Shown here: piece after piece, positions 18,562 to 26,855 of the stretch
Layout of the letters: every line of letters starts with the position of its first letter
Numbering within the stretch: the first letter of the stretch is position 1
Virus record (IMG/VR): IMGVR_UViG_2537561603_000002
From: a virus
Lineage: Duplodnaviria; Heunggongvirae; Uroviricota; Caudoviricetes
DNA length: 34,676 nt
Direction: 5' to 3' (one strand)
Translations under genes and position numbers: made by a program
The notes under the pieces: generated by a model
What the model was told of the DNA's origin: nothing
What the model saw: the letters and a program-made list of their open reading frames with translations, nothing else
Databases searched by the model: none

Positions 18562-18578
18562 ATTAAGCTTCATTTGAC

Positions 18579-19316
18579 TCATTCATTGTCAAATAATTTT
18601 TGCTCTTTCAATATTTGTGTCGAAAAATTATTGCTTATTAATTTTACAAGCTTGCCGCACAAATTAAATGAATATCTAAAATAATCTAAGTCAGGGATGA
18701 GGTATTCTTTTTCTTCAGAGGATATTCCTGCCTCTAATAATTTTTTTTCATATCTTTGGTCCTTCACCCAATTATTATGGACTCCTGTGTCTCGTCTTGC
18801 TTTAATTTCAATGTATTGTTTTAAGAGATGTTCTATTTTCTTTTTGTCTAAGCATAAGAGTTTGCATAATTTATTGATGTATTCTTTGGGTGATCCAAAT
18901 GTGAGACTCGCGACTCCTTCGTTGACTAGATAGTCAAAAAGTTCATCTTCAGATAATGACTTAAACACCCCATAATCACACTTAATTTTATTTAGTTTTT
19001 CTGGATTGATCCTGAAGGTCAACTTCATGATTTCAATAATGTAATCTTCAAATGCTGAAACAAGCGAACTAAAGCACAATGATGGCATATGTTTTGTTAT
19101 TAAATCATGCCGTATTCCTTTATCTGAGATTTCAGGTGAATGTTTTTCCAGAAAGCATTCAAGATTTGTATAAGCCTCATAAAGCTGAGGGTTAGTTTCC
19201 TCATTGGCGTGAGAGATGGCAATGTTTTGAAATATAATTGTTCTGAATAAAATATCAGCTTTAATAAAATATGATGATGTGATTTTATCCAGGAAGAGAT
19301 AATTATCGGAGTGCAT
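18579..19316 (-). CDS. Cargo hypothetical protein (245 aa), AT-rich, antisense to the late operon; candidate abortive-infection/defence protein
   Basis: ORF with SD gaggaa 5 nt before ATG 19316; markedly AT-rich and Lys/Asn/Ile-rich, unlike flanking GC-balanced tail genes; inserted where P2 has S and V adjacent. Contains an R-x4-H motif (RRDTGVHNN), weak evidence. Confidence 0.55.
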   Translation of the reverse strand: MHSDNYLFLDKITSSYFIKADILFRTIIFQNIAISHANEETNPQLYEAYTNLECFLEKHSPEISDKGIRHDLITKHMPSLCFSSLVSAFEDYIIEIMKLTFRINPEKLNKIKCDYGVFKSLSEDELFDYLVNEGVASLTFGSPKEYINKLCKLLCLDKKKIEHLLKQYIEIKARRDTGVHNNWVKDQRYEKKLLEAGISSEEKEYLIPDLDYFRYSFNLCGKLVKLISNNFSTQILKEQKLFDNE

Positions 19317-19343
19317 ATCATTTCCTCAAGGTAATGCGTCTAT

Positions 19344-19361
19344 TGTATCAGGCTTTATACA
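19344..19361. promoter_or_regulatory. Ogr-type late promoter element (TGT-N12-ACA) for the V-W-J-I-H-G operon
   Basis: tgtatcaggctttataca, centred about 55 bp upstream of the expected transcript start near V ATG 19410. Confidence 0.5.
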
Positions 19362-19409
19362 TGAATGGATTGTGGATGAATATAATCATTTTCGTCAATG
19401 ATACAGGCC

Positions 19410-19988
19410 ATGAACGCACAATTAACCGAAATCATGCGCCTTATCACCAACCTGATCCGCACAGGTGTAGTCACCGAAGTGGACCGGGAAAACTGGCTTT
19501 GCCGGGTGAAAACGGGCGACCTTGAAACCAACTGGATTAGCTGGCTGACGCTGCGTGCCGGGAATGCCCGCACATGGTGGCGACCATCGGAAGGTGAGCA
19601 GGTGGTGCTGCTGAGTCTGGGAGGCAATCTGGAAACCGCCTTTGCGTTGCCCGCTGTCTATTCGAATCAGTTCGCTCCACCGTCGACGTCGGCGGACGCT
19701 TGCGTGACAGAGCATCCTGACGGCGGCTGGTTTGAATATGAACCCGCCACCGGGCGCTGGTATGTCAGGGGCATCAAATCAATGGTCATTGAGGCCGCTG
19801 ACAACATCACCATGAAAACCAGTGAGTTTGTACTGGAGGCTGACCGCACGAGCATTAACAGCGAAGTGGTGATCAATGGTGGCGTTACCCAGGGCGGCGG
19901 AGCGATGAGTTCTAACGGGATCGTGGTTGATGCGCATCAGCATACTGGCGTCCTGAAAGGCGGCGATACAACCGGAGGCCCGGTATGA
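19410..19988 (+). CDS. V: Baseplate spike / assembly protein V (P2 gpV-like)
   Basis: From ATG 19410 (MNAQLTEIMRLITNLIRTGVV...NWISWLTLRAGNARTWWRPSEGEQV...) parallels the P2 gpV N-terminus. Confidence 0.8.
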   Translation: MNAQLTEIMRLITNLIRTGVVTEVDRENWLCRVKTGDLETNWISWLTLRAGNARTWWRPSEGEQVVLLSLGGNLETAFALPAVYSNQFAPPSTSADACVTEHPDGGWFEYEPATGRWYVRGIKSMVIEAADNITMKTSEFVLEADRTSINSEVVINGGVTQGGGAMSSNGIVVDAHQHTGVLKGGDTTGGPV

Positions 19989-20344
19989 CGCTTTATAGCG
20001 GGATGAACAATACCAGCGGCAAAGTCATTACTGATATTGACCATCTGCGCCAGTCGGTGCGGGACATTCTGCTGACACCGCAGGGTAGCCGTATTGCCCG
20101 TCGTGAATATGGTTCCCTGCTGTCGGCACTGATAGACCAGCCACAAAATCCAGCATTACGCCTGCAGGTCATGTCGGCAGTGTATGTGGCGCTGAGTCGC
20201 TGGGAGCCACGGCTGACGCTGGATTCTATCACCATCAACAGCAACTTTGACGGTTCAATGGTGGTGGCGCTGAGCGGGCAGCGTAATAACGGTGTGCCTG
20301 TTTCCCTTTCCGTATCAACAGGAGCAGAGAATGGCAGTGATTGA
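19985..20344 (+). CDS. W: Baseplate wedge protein W (gp25/lysozyme-like)
   Basis: 119 aa, overlapping V stop; size and position match P2 W. Confidence 0.75.
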   Translation: MTLYSGMNNTSGKVITDIDHLRQSVRDILLTPQGSRIARREYGSLLSALIDQPQNPALRLQVMSAVYVALSRWEPRLTLDSITINSNFDGSMVVALSGQRNNGVPVSLSVSTGAENGSD

Positions 20345-21239
20345 CCTTTCGCAGTTGCCTGCGCCGCAGATTGTGGATGTGCCGGACTTTGAGACGCTGC
20401 TTGCCGAACGCAAGGCCGAATTTGTTGCGCTTCATCCGAAAGATGAGCAGGAAGCAGTGATCCGCACGCTGGAGCTGGAATCTGAACCCGTCACTAAATT
20501 GTTGCAGGAGAACGCTTACCGTGAGTTGCTTCTGCGCCAGCGCATTAACGAAGCCGCGCAGGCGGTGATGGTGGCTTACGCGATGGGCGGCGATCTTGAC
20601 CAGCTCGCTGCCAACTACAACGTGAAACGCCTGACGGTGACGACTGCTGATAATGATGCTGTGCCGCCCGTTGCAGCTGTGATGGAAAGCGATGAAGCGT
20701 TACGCCTGCGTGTGCCTGCAGCCTTTGAAGGGCTTTCTGTTGCGGGGCCAACTGCAGCTTATGAATTTCATGCCCGAAGCGCCGACGGCCGGGTGGCGGA
20801 TGCCAGTGCAACCAGCCCGGCACCTGCAGAGGTGGTGCTGACTGTCCTTAGCCGCGAAGGCGATGGAACTGCAGAAAAAGACCTGCTGGACGTGGTGGAA
20901 AAAGCTCTGAACAGTGAGAACGTCCGCCCGGTGGCTGACCGTCTTACGGTTCGCAGCGCAGAAATCATCCCGTATCGCGTGGAAGCCACCATTTTTCTCT
21001 ATCCGGGACCGGAAGCAGAGCCGGTAATGGCAGCGGCAAAAGCCAGCCTGCAGAAGTACATTGCCAGCCAGACGAGGCTTGGTCGGGATATTCGCCGTAG
21101 CGCCATCTTTGCTGCTCTGCATGTTGAGGGTGTTCAACGTGTGGAACTGGCTTCTCCGCTGGCGGATGTGGTCCTGAACAAAATACAGGCGGCATCATGT
21201 ACGCAGTGGAGCGTAACCAACGGAGGAACGGATGAATAG
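20331..21239 (+). CDS. J: Baseplate protein J
   Basis: ATG 20331 with SD ggagcag; 302 aa equals P2 J length; canonical position. Confidence 0.8.
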   Translation: MAVIDLSQLPAPQIVDVPDFETLLAERKAEFVALHPKDEQEAVIRTLELESEPVTKLLQENAYRELLLRQRINEAAQAVMVAYAMGGDLDQLAANYNVKRLTVTTADNDAVPPVAAVMESDEALRLRVPAAFEGLSVAGPTAAYEFHARSADGRVADASATSPAPAEVVLTVLSREGDGTAEKDLLDVVEKALNSENVRPVADRLTVRSAEIIPYRVEATIFLYPGPEAEPVMAAAKASLQKYIASQTRLGRDIRRSAIFAALHVEGVQRVELASPLADVVLNKIQAASCTQWSVTNGGTDE

Positions 21240-21837
21240 TCTGCTGCCACCGGGTTCAACTTCACTGGAGCGCCGACTGGCGCAAACCTGTAGCGGGATT
21301 TCTGATTTGCAGGTGCCGCTGCGTGACTTGTGGAATCCGGCTACCTGTCCGGTCAGCTTCCTGCCTTATCTCGCCTGGGCGTTCTCTGTGGATCGCTGGG
21401 ACGAGGGCTGGACAGAAAGCGTCAAACGCCAGGTAGTGAAGGATGCTTTTTATATTCATCAGCATAAAGGAACCACCAGTGCCGTGCGGCGGGTGGTGGA
21501 ACCGTTCGGATTCCTGATCTGCATTATTGAGTGGTGGCAGACCGGAGAAACACCGGGCACGTTTCGCCTGGATATCGGCGTGCAGGACCAGGGCATCACT
21601 GAAGATACCTATCTGGAACTTGAGCGACTGATAAGCGATGCCAAACCATGTAGCCGCCACATGATCGGCATGTCCATCAATCTGCAGACCAGCGGCCCGC
21701 ATTGGGTGGGAGCCGCCAGCTATCTTGGCGAAGAAATCACGATCTATCCGTATATCAACGAAACGATTATTTCCGGTGGCACCGCGCATGAAGGCGGGGC
21801 GGTCCATGTTATTGACACAATGAGAGTGAATCCATGA
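21232..21837 (+). CDS. I: Baseplate protein I
   Basis: 201-aa ORF overlapping J stop, preceding tail fibre gene. Confidence 0.75.
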   Translation: MNSLLPPGSTSLERRLAQTCSGISDLQVPLRDLWNPATCPVSFLPYLAWAFSVDRWDEGWTESVKRQVVKDAFYIHQHKGTTSAVRRVVEPFGFLICIIEWWQTGETPGTFRLDIGVQDQGITEDTYLELERLISDAKPCSRHMIGMSINLQTSGPHWVGAASYLGEEITIYPYINETIISGGTAHEGGAVHVIDTMRVNP

Positions 21838-23243
21838 GCACAAAATTTTATACCCTGCTGACGGATATTGGCGCGGCGAAACTTGCCAGCGCCGCCGCGC
21901 TCGGTGTGCCGCTAAAAATTACCCATATGGCGGTGGGCGATGGCGGCGGAGTATTGCCAACGCCGGACGCAAAGCAGACGGCACTGGTAAATGAGAAACG
22001 CCGGGCTGCGCTGAATATGCTTTATATCGACCTGCAGAACAGCAGCCAGATTATTGCTGAACAGGTGATCCCTGAAAACGAGGGCGGTTGGTGGATACGT
22101 GAAGTGGGCCTGTTTGATGAGTCAGGGGCATTGATTGCCGTGGGCAACTGCCCGGAAAGCTATAAGCCGCAACTGGCTGAAGGCAGCGGGCGCACCCAGA
22201 CCGTGCGTATGGTGTTGATTACCAGCAGCACGGACAATATCACCCTGAAAATCGACCCTGCCGTAGTGCTGGCAACCCGCAAGTATGTGGATGACAAGGC
22301 ACTGGAGCTGAAGGTGTACGTGGATGACCAGCTGGCAAAACACCTTGCCGCACCGGACCCGCATTCACAATATGCACAGAAAGAAAGTCCGACGTTTACC
22401 GGGACACCAAAAGCGCCAACGCCTGCGGCAGGCAATAACACCACGCAGGTTGCGACCACTGCGTTTGTTCAGGCGGCACTGACGGCTCTTATTAATGGTG
22501 CGCCAGCCACGCTGGACACACTGAAAGAAATAGCCGCAGCCATTAACAATGACCCGAAATTCAGTACCACCATTAATGATGCGCTGGCACTCAAAGCGCC
22601 GCTGTCGAGTCCTGCACTTACCGGGACGCCGACAGCCCCCACGGCGGCACAGTCGGTCAACAATACACAGATTGCCACCACGGCTTTTGTGAAATCGGCG
22701 ATTGCGGCAATGGTGGGTTCTGCACCTGCTGCACTGGATACACTGAACGAACTGGCGGCGGCGCTGGGAAATGACCCGAACTTTGCCACGACAATGTTGA
22801 ATGCTCTGTCAGGTAAACAACCGCTGGACAATACGCTGACTAATTTGAGTGGAAAGGATGTAGCAGGTCTTCTCACATACCTTGGTTTGGGAGAAGCGGC
22901 TAAAAGGAATGTAGGTACAGGGGCGAATCAGATACCTGATATGAGCCTGTTCGCGTCAATTAATACCGTAACGGCTGCTGCGCAAAAATTTCCGTCTGGA
23001 TTAATTTTACAGTGCGGTCAGTTGAATGGTGCCCCGAATGTATCTTCAACATACGGGATGAGGTTTCCGATGACGTTCTCAAGAGTCATTGCTGTCGTAG
23101 TTACATTGAACGTTACTGGCGCGGCAGGGCAGCCGACTGTATCGGCGACAAGTGTCCAGAACACTGGATTTAATATTACGGTGTCGCCCGGTTCAGGATA
23201 TGGTTCATCTGCTGATGCGTATTACATTGCAATGGGATATTAA
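21834..23243 (+). CDS. H: Tail fibre protein H (469 aa) with internal tandem repeat
   Basis: N-terminus is P2-H-like ([39 protein letters not shown]); two ~75-aa repeats (...[12 protein letters not shown]... / ...[11 protein letters not shown]...). Confidence 0.8.
   Translation: MSTKFYTLLTDIGAAKLASAAALGVPLKITHMAVGDGGGVLPTPDAKQTALVNEKRRAALNMLYIDLQNSSQIIAEQVIPENEGGWWIREVGLFDESGALIAVGNCPESYKPQLAEGSGRTQTVRMVLITSSTDNITLKIDPAVVLATRKYVDDKALELKVYVDDQLAKHLAAPDPHSQYAQKESPTFTGTPKAPTPAAGNNTTQVATTAFVQAALTALINGAPATLDTLKEIAAAINNDPKFSTTINDALALKAPLSSPALTGTPTAPTAAQSVNNTQIATTAFVKSAIAAMVGSAPAALDTLNELAAALGNDPNFATTMLNALSGKQPLDNTLTNLSGKDVAGLLTYLGLGEAAKRNVGTGANQIPDMSLFASINTVTAAAQKFPSGLILQCGQLNGAPNVSSTYGMRFPMTFSRVIAVVVTLNVTGAAGQPTVSATSVQNTGFNITVSPGSGYGSSADAYYIAMGY
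22390..22850. repeat. Tandem ~225-bp repeat (two copies) inside tail fibre gene H
   Basis: Protein-level repeats [55 protein letters not shown] and [55 protein letters not shown]; coordinates approximate. Confidence 0.5.
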
Positions 23244-23247
23244 CGAA

Positions 23248-23667
23248 ATGTCATATTTTTATTCTGCATCGACAAACGGATTTTATTCGACTGAATTTCA
23301 CGGCACCAATATTCCTGATGATGCAGTGGAAATCTCGGAATCAGAGTGGAAAACACTGATTAATTCACAGAGTGTAACAAAAATGATTACCTGTGGTGAG
23401 AACGGTCACCCTGTCATTGTTGACCGTCCTTCTCCAACACCAGAACAATTAGCCTTAATAAATAATGAAAAGAAATCTGCACTGATAGCAGAGGCAACGA
23501 ATGTAATAGCGCCGCTTCAGGATGCGGTTGATTTAGATATGGCAACAGATGATGAAACGAAACTGTTACTGGCATGGAAAAAATATCGCGTGCTATTGAT
23601 GCGTGTTAATACTTCAACAGCACTCGATATTGAATGGCCTACGTCTCCGGCAGTTCAGGCCCGATGA
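23248..23667 (+). CDS. G: Tail fibre assembly protein G (Tfa)
   Basis: ATG 23248 directly after H; conserved Tfa-type sequence ([13 protein letters not shown]... ; ...[27 protein letters not shown]). Confidence 0.75.
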   Translation: MSYFYSASTNGFYSTEFHGTNIPDDAVEISESEWKTLINSQSVTKMITCGENGHPVIVDRPSPTPEQLALINNEKKSALIAEATNVIAPLQDAVDLDMATDDETKLLLAWKKYRVLLMRVNTSTALDIEWPTSPAVQAR

Positions 23668-24232
23668 CATCCGGCGCGGTGCTGGTATCTGTTGCCGTCA
23701 CCGCATCAATGTAATCCAGCACAGCGTTAAGCCGGGTGGTTTCTGTTTGCGACAGTTTTCGCCCGGTCTGCAATTTCAACTGAATCAGACTGATGGAAGC
23801 CATAGCAGCATCAATCAGTGACTGGCGCTGTACTTCTGCCGTTTCTACTGCGGCACCGTGTTGTGCCTCAGTATCTGTCACCCATTTCTCACCATCCCAT
23901 TTATCGTATGGCGTTAACGGTGAAAGCGTGACATAACCGTCTTTGATGGCACCGATATAATCCACAGTAATAGCTGCGCCATTTTCTGTTGAGTAAACAG
24001 TCTCATTGCGATGGTCTTCTTCATGGCTCCATCCCTTGCCCGTAAATACTGCCACTTTCCCCGGAATGTTTTCGCCCGGGGCAATACCAGTGGAACAGGC
24101 GGGCATACTTACACCAGTATTAATATATTCATCAGAGCAGCCCATATACTCAGATGTTTCAGCATCATAATAAAAACAACGCATATCGCCCGGCACTGTA
24201 GCCAGCCCATTTTCATCAAAAACAGGTTTCAT
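23639..24232 (-). CDS. Second, inverted tail fibre assembly gene (tfa'), remnant of an invertible tail-fibre segment
   Basis: 197-aa reverse-strand ORF with Tfa-like N-terminus ([29 protein letters not shown]) and C-terminus ([19 protein letters not shown]); convergent with and overlapping the 3' end of G. Confidence 0.65.
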   Translation of the reverse strand: MKPVFDENGLATVPGDMRCFYYDAETSEYMGCSDEYINTGVSMPACSTGIAPGENIPGKVAVFTGKGWSHEEDHRNETVYSTENGAAITVDYIGAIKDGYVTLSPLTPYDKWDGEKWVTDTEAQHGAAVETAEVQRQSLIDAAMASISLIQLKLQTGRKLSQTETTRLNAVLDYIDAVTATDTSTAPDVIGPELPET

Positions 24233-24257
24233 TATTTAGCCCTCACCAGAAAGTTAA

Positions 24258-24515
24258 ATGCAATATTTTTTTTATGTCATGGGTGCTCTGGCTGAAATGG
24301 AACGCGAACTGATAGTTGAACGCACCAGGGCAGGGCTGGCTGCAGCTCGTGCCAAAGGCAGAGTAGGTGGACGCCGTACTAAGTTGACCACCGAACAGTG
24401 GGCACAGATTGGACGTTTACTCGAGGCCGGAGAATCAAGACAACGTATTGCACTGATTTTTGATGTGGGCGTTTCTACCATTTATAGAAAATTTCCGGCG
24501 AATAAGAGCAATTAA
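24258..24515 (+). pseudogene. 5'-truncated Gin/Pin/Hin-family serine DNA invertase (C-terminal ~80 aa only)
   Basis: GALAEMERELIVERTRAGLAAARAKGRVGGRR...ALIFDVGVSTIYRKFPA matches the C-terminal HTH region of Gin/Pin/Hin invertases; the N-terminal catalytic domain (active-site Ser) is absent. Confidence 0.7.
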
Positions 24516-24571
24516 TCGCTCTGAATCAGCATTATTTTGATTATCCCTGCAAGTAGACAAATACCCTCATT

Positions 24572-24589
24572 TTGTATGAATAACTGTAC
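24572..24589. promoter_or_regulatory. Ogr-type late promoter element (TGT-N12-ACA) for the FI-FII-E-T-U-D operon
   Basis: tgtatgaataactgtaca, centred about 55 bp upstream of the expected transcript start near FI ATG 24667. Confidence 0.5.
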
Positions 24590-24666
24590 AACTACACTTA
24601 GCTGTTTGTCAGGCACAATCACTTCAACATAGGGCGAAGCCTAATCCAATCAGGAGGTTCGCCACT

Positions 24667-25839
24667 ATGGCTCAGGATTACCACCACGGGGTGCGCGTTG
24701 TTGAAGTCAACGAAGGCACCCGATCCATTACCACGGAGAGCACCGCCATCGTGGGCATGGTCTGCACGGGCGATGATGCCGATGCAAAAATGTTTCCTCT
24801 TAATAAACCCGTACTGATCACTGATGTGCTGACTGCCAGCGGTAAAGCGGGTGAGTCCGGCACGCTGGCCCGTTCGCTGGATGCCATCGCTGACCAGGCA
24901 AAACCAGTGACCGTTGTTGTGCGTGTGCCGCAGGGTGAAACGGAAGAAGAAACCACGACCAATATCATCGGCGCAGTGACTGCTGAAGGTAAAAAAACAG
25001 GCATGAAAGCCCTGTTATCTGCCCAGACACAGCTCGGCGTTAAACCGCGCATTCTCGGCGTGCCAGGTCACGATAACAAAGCCGTTGCTACTGAGTTGCT
25101 GAGCGTGGCGCAAAGCCTGCGTGGGTTTGCCTACCTGTCAGCGTATGGCTGCAAGACGGTACAGGAGGCGATCACTTACCGTGAAAACTTCAGCCAGCGC
25201 GAAGGAATGCTGATCTGGCCCGACTTTACTGGCTGGGACACGGTGCTGAATGCCGAAGCAACGGCATATGCCACCGCTCGTGCGCTTGGTCTGCGTGCCA
25301 AAATTGATGAGCAGACCGGGTGGCACAAAAGCCTGTCCAACGTGGGCGTGAACGGTGTCACCGGAATTTCTGCAGATGTGTTCTGGGATCTGCAGGACCC
25401 GGCAACCGATGCAGGTCTGCTTAACCAGAACGATATCACCACGCTTATCCGCAAAGACGGTTTCCGCTTCTGGGGTTCCCGCTGTCTGGGCGATGATCCG
25501 CTCTTTGCCTTCGAAAACTACACCCGCACGGCGCAGGTGCTGATGGACACGATGGCAGAAGCACACATGTGGGCGGTGGATAAACCGCTTAACCCGTCGC
25601 TGGCCCGCGACATTATTGAAGGTATCCGCGCCAAAATGCGCAGCCTGGTCAGTCAGGGCTATCTCATTGGTGGTGATTGCTGGCTGGATGAGTCGGTGAA
25701 CGACAAAGACACGCTGAAAGCCGGAAAACTCACCATCGACTATGACTACACGCCAGTGCCGCCACTTGAAAATCTGATGCTGCGCCAGCGCATCACCGAT
25801 CAGTACCTGGTGAATTTCGCCAGCCAGGTCAGCGCGTAA
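24667..25839 (+). CDS. FI: Contractile tail sheath protein FI
   Basis: 390 aa (P2 FI 396 aa); SD aggagg before ATG; canonical position. Confidence 0.85.
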   Translation: MAQDYHHGVRVVEVNEGTRSITTESTAIVGMVCTGDDADAKMFPLNKPVLITDVLTASGKAGESGTLARSLDAIADQAKPVTVVVRVPQGETEEETTTNIIGAVTAEGKKTGMKALLSAQTQLGVKPRILGVPGHDNKAVATELLSVAQSLRGFAYLSAYGCKTVQEAITYRENFSQREGMLIWPDFTGWDTVLNAEATAYATARALGLRAKIDEQTGWHKSLSNVGVNGVTGISADVFWDLQDPATDAGLLNQNDITTLIRKDGFRFWGSRCLGDDPLFAFENYTRTAQVLMDTMAEAHMWAVDKPLNPSLARDIIEGIRAKMRSLVSQGYLIGGDCWLDESVNDKDTLKAGKLTIDYDYTPVPPLENLMLRQRITDQYLVNFASQVSA

Positions 25840-25848
25840 GGGGACAAC

Positions 25849-26364
25849 ATGGCTTTACCACGCAAATTAAAACACCTGAACCTGTTTAACGACGGGAACA
25901 ACTGGCAGGGGATCGTTGAGTCGCTGACGCTGCCGAAATTCACCCGCAAATATGAGAAGTATCGCGGCGGCGGAATGCCGGGTGCAGTGGATGTGGATCT
26001 GGGGCTTGATGACAGTGCTCTGGACACAGAATTTTCCATTGGTGGTACTGAACTGCTGCTGTTTAAGCAGATGGGCAAAGCCACTGTGGATGGCATCCAG
26101 CTGCGCTTTACCGGCTCTATCCAGCGTGACGATACCGGGGAAGTGCAGGCTGTGGAGCTTGTGGTGCGTGGACGTCACAAAGAAGTGGATTCCGGCGAGT
26201 GGAAGACGGGCGAAAGCAACACCACCAAAGTGACCAGTACCAACAGCTACGCGAAGCTGACCATCAATGGTGAGGTGCTCTATGAAGTGGACCTTATCAA
26301 CATGGTGGAAATTGTGGATGGTGTGGACCTGATGGAAGCACACCGCAACGCACTCGGCCTCTGA
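25849..26364 (+). CDS. FII: Tail tube protein FII
   Basis: 171 aa (P2 FII 172 aa), directly after FI. Confidence 0.85.
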   Translation: MALPRKLKHLNLFNDGNNWQGIVESLTLPKFTRKYEKYRGGGMPGAVDVDLGLDDSALDTEFSIGGTELLLFKQMGKATVDGIQLRFTGSIQRDDTGEVQAVELVVRGRHKEVDSGEWKTGESNTTKVTSTNSYAKLTINGEVLYEVDLINMVEIVDGVDLMEAHRNALGL

Positions 26365-26418
26365 TCTATCTGAACGGCGAGGAATACCGCGCCAGAAACC
26401 AATTTAAAGGACAGCAAA

Positions 26419-26721
26419 ATGAGCGATAAGCAGACTGAAAAGACCATTCAACTGGATACCCCCATCAAGCGCGGTAAAACGGAAATCACCGAAATTGTGC
26501 TGCGTAAACCGCAGTCCGGTGCGCTGCGCGGTACACGCCTGCAGGCCATTATGGATATGGATGTGAACGCGATGATGACCGTGATCCCCCGCATCTCCAG
26601 TCCGGCACTGACTGCACAGGAAATTGCAGAGATGGACCCGGCAGATCTCACTGCCATGTCGGTTGAGGTTGTCACTTTTTTGTTGAAGAAGTCGGTGCTT
26701 GCCGGTTTACCGACAGCCTGA
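26419..26721 (+). CDS. E: Tail assembly chaperone E
   Basis: 100-aa ORF before the tape measure gene; contains the TTTTTTG slippery site near its 3' end. Confidence 0.75.
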   Translation: MSDKQTEKTIQLDTPIKRGKTEITEIVLRKPQSGALRGTRLQAIMDMDVNAMMTVIPRISSPALTAQEIAEMDPADLTAMSVEVVTFLLKKSVLAGLPTA

Positions 26722-26855
26722 CGGTTGACGATCTGGTGGCTGATATCGCCACCATCTTTCACTGGCCGCCATCCGTTACTGACGTTATGCCGCTGACCGA
26801 AGTGCTGGAATGGCGGTATAAAGCGATTCAGAGAAGCGGGGCCAACGATGAGTGA
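26419..26855 (+). CDS. E': E+E' fusion by programmed -1 translational frameshift at TTTTTTG (26676-26682)
   Basis: Slippery heptamer T-TTT-TTG in the E frame; the -1 frame stays open to the TGA at 26853-26855 and encodes ...SLTVDDLVADIATIFHWPP...EWRYKAIQRSGANDE, P2-E'-like. Confidence 0.6.

Noticed and set aside
8246-19316. Calling the two cargo proteins HEPN nucleases as annotated features
   Set aside because: The only support is a short R-x4-H motif in each, which occurs frequently by chance. Kept as a hypothesis in findings rather than a feature call.
24258-24515. Transposase or IS element at the invertase remnant
   Set aside because: The sequence matches only the C-terminal HTH part of Gin/Pin-type invertases. 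No terminal inverted repeats or transposase domains are present.
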